A stretch of DNA of 63,864 bases, from positions 5,791,150 through 5,855,013 of the forward strand of contig NC_081361.1 of NCBI RefSeq assembly GCF_030684315.1, written 5' to 3'. Position 1 is the first letter of the stretch. Every line of letters starts with the position of its first letter. Both the position numbers and the translations under genes were made by a program. Origin of the DNA: Stegostoma tigrinum. Its lineage: Eukaryota. The notes beneath the pieces are model-generated. The model was not told the origin of the DNA and searched no databases. It was given only the letters and a program-made list of their open reading frames with translations. Shown in pieces: positions 12,311 through 21,719 of this stretch.

Positions 12311-14034
12311 TGAGATGTTAATGTGATAACATCCCATTGATTCCTGTACTTCTATAAATTAAAGTCTTTTATCTGCATTTGATTCCGACACTTCCATAAA
12401 TTAAAGTCTTTTATCTACCTACACATACGTATGCAGGCACTGCCCTGAAGCTTCCTACCCAGCTAGGAATTCAGTGTGAAACTTTTGTAACTCCTTATCC
12501 TCCCACACATTGGTAAGCAGACACTGTCTTAAGCTTCCTGACTGAATAAAATTAGAATTAAACTGTTTCAAATAGGGTTAGGTGGGGAACATTTGTAAAG
12601 GTGTGAGACCCCTAAAGCGTGTAACTTCTGTCGTTGACAAAGGGGCCAGGGCACTGACTTTGTTCTAGCCAGACACACTAGCAACTTGAAATCACAATCT
12701 GGCCCAATAACAACTTGAAATCGCCTCCTGCCATGAGCAGCCACTCCACTAGCAATTAATATGGTTGTGGCAGGGGTGGGGTGTGAGGGATGTGTTGCGG
12801 GAAATGCGGGAGACGCGGTCAAGGGCATTCTCGACCACTGGGGGAAAAGTTGCAGTCCTTGAAGAACTTGGACATCTGGGATGTGTGGGAGTGGAATGCC
12901 TCATCCTGGGAGCAGATGTGGCAGAGGCGGAGGAATTGGGAATAGGGGATGTGCTGGAGATGGCCCAGGTGAACTGAAGGTTGGGGTGGAAATTGTTGGT
13001 GAAGTGGACGAACTATTCGAGCTCCTCTGGGGAGCAAGAGGTGGCGCTGATACAGTCATCAATGTAACGGAGGAAGAGGTGGGGTTTGGGGCCTGTGTAG
13101 GTGCAGAAGAGGGACTGTTCCACGTAACCTACAAAGAGGCAGGCATGGCTGGGGCCCATGCGGGTGCCCATGGCCACTCCGTTTGTTCTGTAGGAAGTGG
13201 GAGGAATCGAAAGAGAAGTTGTTGAGGGTGAGGACAAGTTCAGCTAGGCGGATGAGGTGTCGGTGGAGGGGGACTGGTCAGGCCTGTGGGACAGGAAGAA
13301 GCAGAGGGCCTTGAGGCCATCTGCATGCGGAATACAGGTGTGTAGGGACTGGATGTTCATGGTGAAAATGAGGTGTTGGGGGCCAGGGAATTGGAAGTTC
13401 TGGAGGAGGTGGAGGGCGTGGGTGGTGTCACGGACATAGGTAGGGAGTTCCTGGACCAAAGGAGAGAAAATGGAGTCCAGATAGGTGGAGATGAGTTCAG
13501 TGGGGCAGGAACAGGCTGAGACAATGTGTCGACCAGGGCAGGCAGGTTTGTGGATTTTGGGAAGGAGATAGAAACGGGTCGTGCGGGGTTGGGGAACAAT
13601 GAGGATGGAGGCTGTGGGTAGGATGTCCTCTGAGGTGATGAGGTCATGAATGGTGTTGGAGATGATGGTTTGGTGCTCGGGGATGGGATCATGATCAAGG
13701 GGGTGGTATACTATATCCTGGTCTTTTATGTTCTTGATGTAATAATTGTTTGGTATCCTGTCTTTGTCTGTTGTAGTAATTGTTTTATGTATCATGTCAT
13801 TGTAAATTGTGAAATTGTTTTATATATCATGTCTTTTGTAAAGTATAAAAAGCGGAGATTGGCCGCTGCTCGGGAAGAATTACTTGCGAGGCTCTGCACT
13901 CTGTGCCGGGTTAAGTACAATGATTCTCCACAGCTTGTACTTGCTTGGTAATAAAAGAATTTGTGTTTTTCGAAACAGGTCAGTGTCTTGTTATTGCAGC
14001 AAGTCCATGAGGGTCTCGGAAAACGAACATGACA
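12311..14034 (+). mobile_element. Solo LTR (ERV/Gypsy-type)
   Basis: Starts TGAGATGTT and ends AACATGACA (7/9 inverted termini, TG...CA). 4-bp TSD GTGG (12307-12310 / 14035-14038). TATAAAA 13844-13850 and AATAAA 13950-13955. Internal direct repeat ATAAATTAAAGTCTTTTATCT x2. Confidence 0.8.
12763..13708 (-). mobile_element. Internal PLE RT fragment inside the solo LTR
   Basis: RFYLLPKIHKP...PGRHIVS...YVRDTTH and MGTRMGPS...FLRYIDD. Has an internal deletion and lacks GIY-YIG and 3' terminus. Confidence 0.9.
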
Positions 14035-15015
14035 GTGGTGCTGGCTCGAAGGGCCGAATGGACTACTCCAGCACCTATTGTCTCTCGTCTATTACTTACT
14101 TCGACAAACTTACACTCTAAATATCCTGACATTATTCTTCATGGGATTCACTGGAACTGGCTCAGATCAGACTCCCAGCAAAACAAATGCAGGGAGGGAT
14201 GGACATGAGAGACAGAGAGAGAGGGAGAGAAAGAAGCTTAGAGATACAGTGATGGTGTTCAAGGAGGTTTGTATCTGAGATGAATGGTGCTCTGGCTGGA
14301 GACTGCTCTGGACGAGTGAACCCTCGACAGCAAACACTGTGCCCTGGCTGATCCTTTCCCTACAGTAAACATCATCATTGGACCCGATATCAGATAGGAA
14401 CAGGCTCACTCCAGATCTTTGGGGATCTCAGGTCTGGTTTTCGGAATGAGCCAGAATGTTGGGTCTGAGAGGGGAATCTCTTCCAGAATCGGAAAAATGG
14501 AACAATGAGAATCCAATCAGATGGAGACTAGTCCAGGAGGGAGTGAGGCAACGGGTGTCAGTGCTGGGGGAACAGTAAACCAGCTCATGTTGCCCAAGAA
14601 GCCGAATGGGCAGTTTCTGGTTAGAAACTGAAGCTTCTGCAGCTTCTCAATGTTTCCAGCTCCATCATTAAATCAGGAGCAGTTTCAACAAAGGGACTCC
14701 ATTTCTCGTCAACACACACTCACACCATCATCAGAACAGAAGGAACAGGGACAGCAGGAGGCCATTCAGCCCTTTCAACCTGCTCCAATAAACTTCAGGG
14801 AATAATGTCTGAGGCCACTTAAACTCTCCTCATCGCAAATCCCCTCATCCCAGGAATGAGCCTCGTGAATCTTTGCACTCCTTCAAAGGTCAATCTATCC
14901 TGGAGATAAACTGAAACAGGACAAGTGCTCCTGGTGTAGCCTCACTAAGGTTCTATATAATTAGAATAAGTCTCCTTCCCTTGGACATGACCAGCAGATA
15001 GCTGTCAGTCACTCG

Positions 15016-15265
15016 TTCCCTCTCCCTCTTTCTCCATCGCTCCTTTTTTTTCACTCCTTTTCTCTTTGTTTCTCTCTCACTTTCTCACACCTTTTCCCTC
15101 TCACTGCCTCTCCCTCTCCATATCCTTCTGTCTGCCTCTCTGTGTCCCTCTTCACAGCTCTTCTTATCCATCACTCCCTACTGTCTCCCTTTCTCTATCA
15201 CTCTCTGTCTGCCTCTCCCTTTCTTTGACTCTCACTTGGTCTACCTCTCACTCTCCTTTCCCTCA
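15016..15265. repeat. CT-rich low-complexity tract
   Basis: Degenerate (CT)n / polypyrimidine. Confidence 0.85.
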
Positions 15266-15279
15266 ATATCAATGTAATA

Positions 15280-17580
15280 AGTGAATTTGACCGGGGAAGG
15301 CAGTAGATGTGGTTTATTTGTACTTTCAGAAGGCTTTTGACAAACTCCACAGAACAGATTAGTGCATGAAATTAGGATTCAAGGGACTGGGGACAATGTA
15401 CTGACAGGGCTTGAAAACAGATTGGCAGACAGGAAACAAAGAGCAGAAATAAATGGGCCTTTTTCTGAAAGGGTGCCGCAGCTATTCACAATATATGTTC
15501 ATGATTCAGATGAGGGAACTTAAGAATAATAGCCCCATGATTGCAGATAACACAAAGCTGGGTGGTGGGTGAGCTGTGAGGACAATGCAGAGATGCTTCA
15601 GTGTGACTTGGACAAGGTGAGTGAGGGGCAGAAGAAGTGCAATATGGATACATGCGAGATTATCCAGTTTAGTTACAAAAACAGGAAGGCAGATTATTAT
15701 CAGAATGGTGATAGATTGGGAATGGGGAGGTGCAATGCGGACATGGGTGTCAACATACAGCAGTCACTGTAAGCATGCAGGTGCAGAAGGTGGTGAAGAA
15801 GGTAAATGGTATGTTGGTCTTCATTCTGAGAGGACTGGATTTTAGGAGCAGGGATGTCTTGCTGCAAATGTACAGGGCTTTCGTGAGATCACACCTGGAG
15901 CATTCAATCCCAAACTGGCTCAGGGACAGGAGACACAGGGTGGGTGCACAAAACTGTTTGAGTGACTGGATCCAGTGTGCCGCAGCATACCCCAGGGATC
16001 AGTGCTGGGTCCCTAATTGTTTGTGATATATACAAACAATGTAGATGAGAATGTGAGAGGTGAGGGGTGAGGTTCTGATAACCAGGCTTATAGATTACAC
16101 AACGATTTGTGGATGGTTGACAGTGAGGAAGAAGGTTTTCAGTTCCAGGAGGGTATAACCGGATCGGTCAGATGGGCAGATCAGATGCGGATGGAATTTA
16201 ATCTTGATAAATGTGAGGTGATGCACTTTTGAAGGTATAACAGGTTTTTAGGATCATTATGAAGGGGAAATGGGACACTTACCTTCACCATTTCAGGTTT
16301 GGACTACAAGAGCAGGGAGGTTATGGTGGAGCTGTACAGAACTTTGGTGAGGCCATAGCTGGAGCACTGCGTGCACCACACTATATGAAGGATGTGGCTG
16401 TAGTGGAGGAGGTGCAGAGGAAATTCACCAGAATGTTGCCTGACATGGAGCATTTCAGATGTAAAGTGAGGCTGGGTAAGGTCAAGTTGATTCGTTTGGA
16501 GCAGGGAAGATGGAGGGGGGTGCTGATCAAGGGGTATATGGTTATGAGGGGAATGGACAGGGTGGATAGAAAGCAGCTGTTCCCCTTCGTCAGAGAGTCA
16601 GTAACAAGTTGGCACACATTCAATGTGGAAGGCAGGAGCTTTAGAGGGGAGTTGAGGAGCAGGGTTTCACCCAGAGGGAGGTTGGGTTTGGAATGCATTG
16701 CCTGGGAGAGTAGTTGAGGTTAGAAACCTCACATCTCTAAAAAAGTTTCAGCAACAGTAGGAACTGCAGATGCTGGAGAATCTGAGACAACAAGGTGTAG
16801 AGCTGAATGAACACAGCAGGCCAAGCAGCATCAGAGGAGCTGGAAAGCTGACGTATCGGGCCCAGACCCTTCTTCAGAAATGGGGGAGGGGAAGGGGATT
16901 TCTGAAACAAATAGGGAGAGAGGGGGAGGGGGATAGAAGATGGATAGAGGAGAAGATGGGGAGTTACCTACACCCACCTTTACTGGCTCCATCCCTGCAT
17001 CTTGGACCTGTCTAAATCCTTTCCACTTATCTTCTCCTCTATCCACCTTCTATCTGCCTCCCCCCTCTCGCTATTTATTTCAGAACCTCATTCCCCTCCC
17101 CCATTTTTGAAGAAGGGTCTAGACCCGAAACGTCAGCTTTTCCTGCTCCTATGATGCTGCTTGGCCAGCTGTGTTCCTCCAGCTCTTCACTTTGTTATCT
17201 CAGCCATCAAAAAGTACTTGGATGAATACTTAAAATGTCATAATATTCAAAGCTATGAGCCTTGTGACAGAAAGTGGGATGAGCGTAGGTTTAGTGCAGT
17301 TTGCCTAGCACAGATGCAATGGGCCGAAGGGCCTCTTCTGTGCTGTGTGATTTTATGATTCTATAGTGTACAGTTTCGGTCTTCTTACCTGAGGAAGGAT
17401 GTTCTGACTGTGGAGGGAGGGCAACGAAGGTTTACCAGACCGATTCCTGGGATGACAGCACTTACATCTGATGGTAAACTGTATCGGTTAGGACTATATT
17501 GGCTGGAGTTTAGAAGATTGAGGAGAATCACATTGACACTGGTAAAATTCTAACAGAAGAAGGCAGGTTAAACACAAGAA
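15280..17580 (+). mobile_element. Mosaic of decayed CR1 RT/3' fragments
   Basis: FQKAFDK, ADNTKLGG, LLQMYRAFVRSHLE and VQRKFTRMLP motifs. Confidence 0.8.
16755..17202. mobile_element. Short inverted two-armed PLE insertion (older subfamily)
   Basis: Left arm GGAACTGCAGATGCTGGAG...; right arm is its reverse complement ending ...TTTGTTATCTCAG. TSD decayed. Confidence 0.8.
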
Positions 17581-17710
17581 TCTAGGGAAGCAGCAGACAA
17601 TGCTCAAGGAGAGGGATAGAGCTGAAGAGGAAGGCTTTGGTCTTACCAATGAGTTTCCCAGTGAGCCTGGCCCCCCAGTTCTGACTGCTCTTAGCTGCTG
17701 TGATTGTCAC

Positions 17711-17845
17711 TGATTGGACACTTATTCTTAGAGATTCTGACCACAGCAGAAAGTCCCAGTGTAAAAAATAACTGCATAGCTTGTCAGATCGCACGGTTGA
17801 AACTTCACCAACAGAGGAAGTGAAAGCAGGAGCTCAGAGCAGCTG
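17711..17845. promoter_or_regulatory. Candidate B-cell enhancer upstream of V
   Basis: ACCACA (RUNX) 17740-17745. AGAAAGTCCC 17748-17757 (reverse GGGACTTTCT, 9/10 to kappaB). GAGGAAGTGAAA (EICE) 17814-17825. CAGCTG 17840-17845. Lies in non-repetitive DNA. Motif evidence only. Confidence 0.4.
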
Positions 17846-18309
17846 ATGTTTGTTACTGAGATGCGAGAAAACTGTGAACCGTCTGCACAATCGTATAGCA
17901 CAGGAGGAGGCTATACAGCCCATTGTGTTTGTGCGTGACCCAATTAGTCCCACTGCCCTCTCCCTTACCACAACACAACAAATCTTTCCTTTTCAGCTCA
18001 ATCTCCAATTCCCTCTTGTAGACCTGAGTCCACAGAGCAAGACTGCCCCTAACCTGGGCTCCAAACTGGCATCTCATTCATTCATTTATTGGGAGACAAA
18101 CTACCTGGGCTGGGAAATGGAGCTCAGGACCCTGAACATTCTCTCTCTCCTCCTGAGGGATAGTTCCATGGACTCTGACAGGATGTTCCTATATTTCTCA
18201 CTTCCCTGTTCTGTGTATGCAACTGTCAGCAGGACATTCAACTGCAGCAGCCATCATCACTTTAACCAATTCTGACAACATCCACTCTCCATAACTGAGT
18301 TTGAGTTAT

Positions 18310-19395
18310 AAGGAGATGTTGGATAGGCTGGGACATTTTTCACTGAAGTGTAGGAGGTTGAGAGGTGACCTTATAGAGGATTACAAAAGGGTGGTATAGA
18401 TAAGGTGAATGGCACATGTCTTTTCCCTCGGGTGGGACATTTCTCAACTGGGGGCATATTTTTAAGGTGAGAGGAGAATGGCTTATAAAAGACACCAGGG
18501 GCAAGTTTTATTTCCACATAGAGTGGTTTGTGTGTGTGATGAACTTTTCAGAGGAAGTGGTGGTTGTGGATATAAGGATTAATAGGCATTTGGGTAAGTT
18601 CATGAAAAAGAAATGTTTGGATGGATATGGGCCAATCACAGTCAGGTTGGATTAGTTTAGTTTGGGAATGTGGTCAGTGTGGATTGGTTGGACCGAAGGG
18701 TCTGCTTCTGTGCTGTGTGACTCTATGACTCTAGAACTGAAACTCTCCAGCCCAGGCAACATCCTGGTAAATCTCCTCTGCATCGTCTGCAGTGATACCA
18801 CACCTCTCCTGTAATGTGGATTCTTGAACTGCACACAATACTCTCGCTATGGCCTAATTGACTGATTAAACAGATCCAGCATAACCTGTCTGTTCTCAAA
18901 TTCCATACCTCGGCTAATCAAGGTAAGCATCCAAAACACCTTCTTAACCATTTTACTTGCCTACCCTGACACTCTGAGGGGCTGGTGTACCTGCACACCT
19001 GACCCTCGGTGCTTCCCAGATTCCTACCGTCCACCATGTATGCCCTTGCCTTATTGGTCCTGCCCAAATGCAAGACCTCACATTTATCCAGATTGAATTC
19101 CTTTTGCCCCTGATCAGCCCATCAATCCAGTCCATCTCTATACTACAGTAATCCGAGTCCCTCTCTTCATGATTTACCACTCACCAATTTTGTGCCATCT
19201 ATGATCCTACTGATCACCCTTTATACATTCAAAACTAAATCTTTGACGTTAGCTACTGGCCAACAAGAGCCCAAATATTGACTCCTGTGGTACCCCCACT
19301 GGATGCAGATTTCCAGTGAGAAAAATACACCTCAACAATCATCCACTGCTTCCCTGAACTCAGCAAATTCTGCATCCAATTTGTCAAATTTCCAT
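18310..19395. mobile_element. Two CR1 fragments (+ 18310-18730; - 18735-19395)
   Basis: RRLRGDL/GHIFKVRG on the + strand; QRRFTRMLPGLE on the - strand. Confidence 0.75.
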
Positions 19396-19844
19396 GGAGA
19401 CAGAGAAAGAGAGAGAGAGAAAGAGACAGAGAGAGAAGAAAGTCAGAGAGTAGAAGTGAGCATGAAAGCAGAATTTGTGTCAGAACGGTGATTATGAGGG
19501 ATTTGGAGAGGTGATGGCACTTAATTGTGAGACCATTAATCGAGTATACCAGGAACGTTGTCAGGAACATATTCTGTCACAGTAGATGGTGGAATTTGAA
19601 ATTCACATAAAACAAATCTGGAATTAAGAGTCTCATGCTGAACATAAATCATCACAAAAATCATCAATTCACAAATGCCGTTTTGGGAGGGAAAATGCCT
19701 TTCTTATCTGGTCTGGGCTACATGTGTCTGCACACACACAGTAATGTGGTTGGCTCTTTACTGCCTTTGAGCAACCAAGATTGGGCAATGAATCCTAGTT
19801 CAGCTAGTAATGCCAAAAGCTGAAGATAAGAAAAAGTTTTAAAA

Positions 19845-19987
19845 NNNNNNNNNNNNNNNNNNNNNNNNNNNNNNNNNNNNNNNNNNNNNNNNNNNNNNNN
19901 NNNNNNNNNNNNNNNNNNNNNNNNNNNNNNNNNNNNNNNNNNNNNNNNNNNNNNNNNNNNNNNNNNNNNNNNNNNNNNNNNNNNNNN
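19845..19987. other. N block
   Basis: Run of N immediately upstream of the V promoter. Confidence 0.99.
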
Positions 19988-20012
19988 CGTGGCTCTCTCT
20001 CTGCTTGATGCC

Positions 20013-20066
20013 ATTTACATACTGAGGAACAGCCAGTGAGATTCTCACAGGCTGCATCTTTATAAA
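20013..20066 (+). promoter_or_regulatory. Ig light-chain V promoter: variant octamer ATTTACAT (20013-20020) and TATAAA (20061-20066)
   Basis: 7/8 match to ATTTGCAT about 110 bp before the ATG, followed by a TATA box; the standard Ig VL promoter layout. Confidence 0.75.
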
Positions 20067-20126
20067 GCAGGGCAAAGTGAAGAAAGAGTTTATCAGGAAC
20101 CAGGCACTGGGACAGGAGCATACACC

Positions 20127-20175
20127 ATGATTTCACACATACAACTGATCTGGCCTCTGGCATTCTGCGTCGCAG
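20127..20175 (+). CDS. IGKV: Ig kappa V leader exon (MISHIQLIWPLAFCVA-G)
   Basis: ACCATG start, hydrophobic peptide, phase-1 donor G|GTAC at 20176. Splices in frame to GISG-DIT. Confidence 0.93.
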
Positions 20176-20361
20176 GTACAAATCTCTCTCCTCCCACCTT
20201 GAATCTTTAGTTGCTCTCCATTTCACTCCAATTCCGCTGACTTGTGATTGAAGGGAAAATGCTGAAACCAGAGGAATGCACAGTGTCTCCAACAACCTCT
20301 CATTTGACAGGCTCTTTCTGTGACAGTACTGACTTCACTGTGTTTCTCTCTGACCCCTCAG

Positions 20362-20659
20362 GTATCAGTGGGGACATCACCATGAGCCAGTCTCCCCCAG
20401 TGCTGTCAGTGGGACTGGGTCAGACCGCAACCATCACCTGTACGGCCAGCCAAAGCATTGGCAATAACATTGCTTGGTACCAGCAGCGAGAAGGACAGAA
20501 ACCCTCTCTCCTGATCTATGAAGCAACAGATCGATTCACAGGAATCTCCGAGCGATTCAGTGGCAGTGGATCAGGGACTAGTTTCACCCTGACAATCAGC
20601 AATGTTCAGAATGAGGATGTCACTGACTATTACTGTCAGCAGTATCAGAGCTATGCCTA
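20362..20659 (+). CDS. IGKV: Ig kappa (shark NS4-like) V segment, open and unrearranged
   Basis: Acceptor CAG at 20359-20361. [23 protein letters not shown]...WYQQ...[16 protein letters not shown]...[11 protein letters not shown], with both Cys and Trp intact, followed directly by an RSS. Confidence 0.97.
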
Positions 20660-20687
20660 CACAGTGATACAGAGCTGCACAGAAACC
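20660..20687 (+). promoter_or_regulatory. 12-RSS of V
   Basis: CACAGTG + 12 nt (ATACAGAGCTGC) + ACAGAAACC. Confidence 0.97.
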
Positions 20688-20728
20688 TCAATCTACACAG
20701 CACCACTCCCTGCACTGACATATCCCAC

Positions 20729-20736
20729 ATTTGCAT
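20729..20736 (+). promoter_or_regulatory. Perfect octamer ATTTGCAT in the V-J interval
   Basis: Exact motif about 40 bp after the V nonamer; function unknown. Confidence 0.4.
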
Positions 20737-20982
20737 AAAAATGAAACTGAACAAATGACCCCATTCCAGAATTGACACTGCCCACTGTAGTGTCCACCGC
20801 TCACTCAAGGCCTCACATTTCCCTCTTACACTCCTTGGCCACATGTGAAGAGCAGCTGTGAGATTTAACATCGGAAATAATGTTCAAAACTCACCCGATC
20901 CCAGCTGGGCACAAGCCAGAGAGGGAGGGGGTGAAGATAGAGACAGAGAGAGAAACAGAATGAGAAAAACAAAGAGTGAAAA

Positions 20983-21114
20983 NNNNNNNNNNNNNNNNNN
21001 NNNNNNNNNNNNNNNNNNNNNNNNNNNNNNNNNNNNNNNNNNNNNNNNNNNNNNNNNNNNNNNNNNNNNNNNNNNNNNNNNNNNNNNNNNNNNNNNNNNN
21101 NNNNNNNNNNNNNN
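20983..21114. other. N block within a GA-rich tract between V and J
   Basis: Run of N flanked by (GA)n-like sequence. Confidence 0.97.
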
Positions 21115-21204
21115 GAGGAGGAGTGTGCATGAGAGAGAGAAAGACAGGAAGATTGAGTGAGAGACAGGGAGAGGGTGAGAGTGACAGAGGGAAAAGAGAG
21201 CAGA

Positions 21205-21243
21205 GGTTTATGTACAGCATATGTACTGGGAGCTCTCACTGTG
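21205..21243 (-). promoter_or_regulatory. 23-RSS of J
   Basis: On the + strand: GGTTTATGT + 23 nt + CACTGTG. Confidence 0.96.
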
Positions 21244-21278
21244 GCTTACGTTCGGTAAAGGAACCAAGCTCAGACTGA
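21244..21278 (+). CDS. IGKJ: Ig kappa J segment (LTFGKGTKLRL-S)
   Basis: FGxGT motif. Donor GTAAGT 21279-21284, phase 1, matches the C exon (A|GC = Ser). Confidence 0.97.
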
Positions 21279-21719
21279 GTAAGTAAACCACAATACTCCA
21301 ATATTAATCCTTTTGAATACTGAAACTTTCTAAAACAAAAATGCTGAATTGTTGAACGTGCTTGTGGGGAGCTGCAGTGAAGGAAATGGTTGATTGCAGA
21401 GCACTGTGTCTAACAAGGGACCAGGCTGTATTTCTTTAGTTCCATTGCCCCCTTTAATCAGCAAGATATAAGTCAGTAGGTTTTACTCACCCTGTGGAGG
21501 AGCTGTGTCCATTTTCAGTCTGTGGTCACATTCCTGCAGCGTGGAGTGAAATCAGTGAGTAGCCTCCTGCCAGGCTCAGTGTGACGGACACGGACAGATT
21601 TTGATGTGAGCTCTGGCTCCCTGTCCCAGTTTCTGATCTCACTGACCCCAGCAGCTGCAGCAGCACTGTGAGGCACCAACCTCCCACCTCCCCAAGCTTC
21701 ACCTCTGCTTAATCACACA

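Larger units (their letters stand above)
9625..14095 (+). mobile_element. CR1-type LINE ORF2 (APE endonuclease + RT), disrupted; 3' UTR split by a solo LTR
   Basis: RGGGLAL, GVIYRPP, MGDFN and SDHN (APE). KSPGPD, RPVSLTS, QHGF, GSVLG, FAADTK and LEYCVQFW (RT). The UTR GAATGGTGG (12302-12310) resumes as GTGGTGCTGGCTCGAAGGGCCG at 14035. Confidence 0.92.

Noticed and set aside
13646-13951. Hydrophobic 101-aa ORF
   Set aside because: Arises from T-rich LTR sequence fused to antisense PLE; no recognisable domain.
20244-20738. 164-aa ORF as a single-exon gene
   Set aside because: It is the V exon read through intron and RSS; the true start is the leader at 20127.
20362-21278. Germline-joined VJ gene
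   Set aside because: V and J are separate and both retain RSSs.
21402-21432. CACTGTG followed by codons QGTRL, resembling a second J
   Set aside because: No nonamer at 12 or 23 nt, no FG codons (a stop instead), no splice donor.
21664-21685. CACTGTG followed by GTNL
   Set aside because: The nearest nonamer-like motif is 27 nt away; no FGxG motif.
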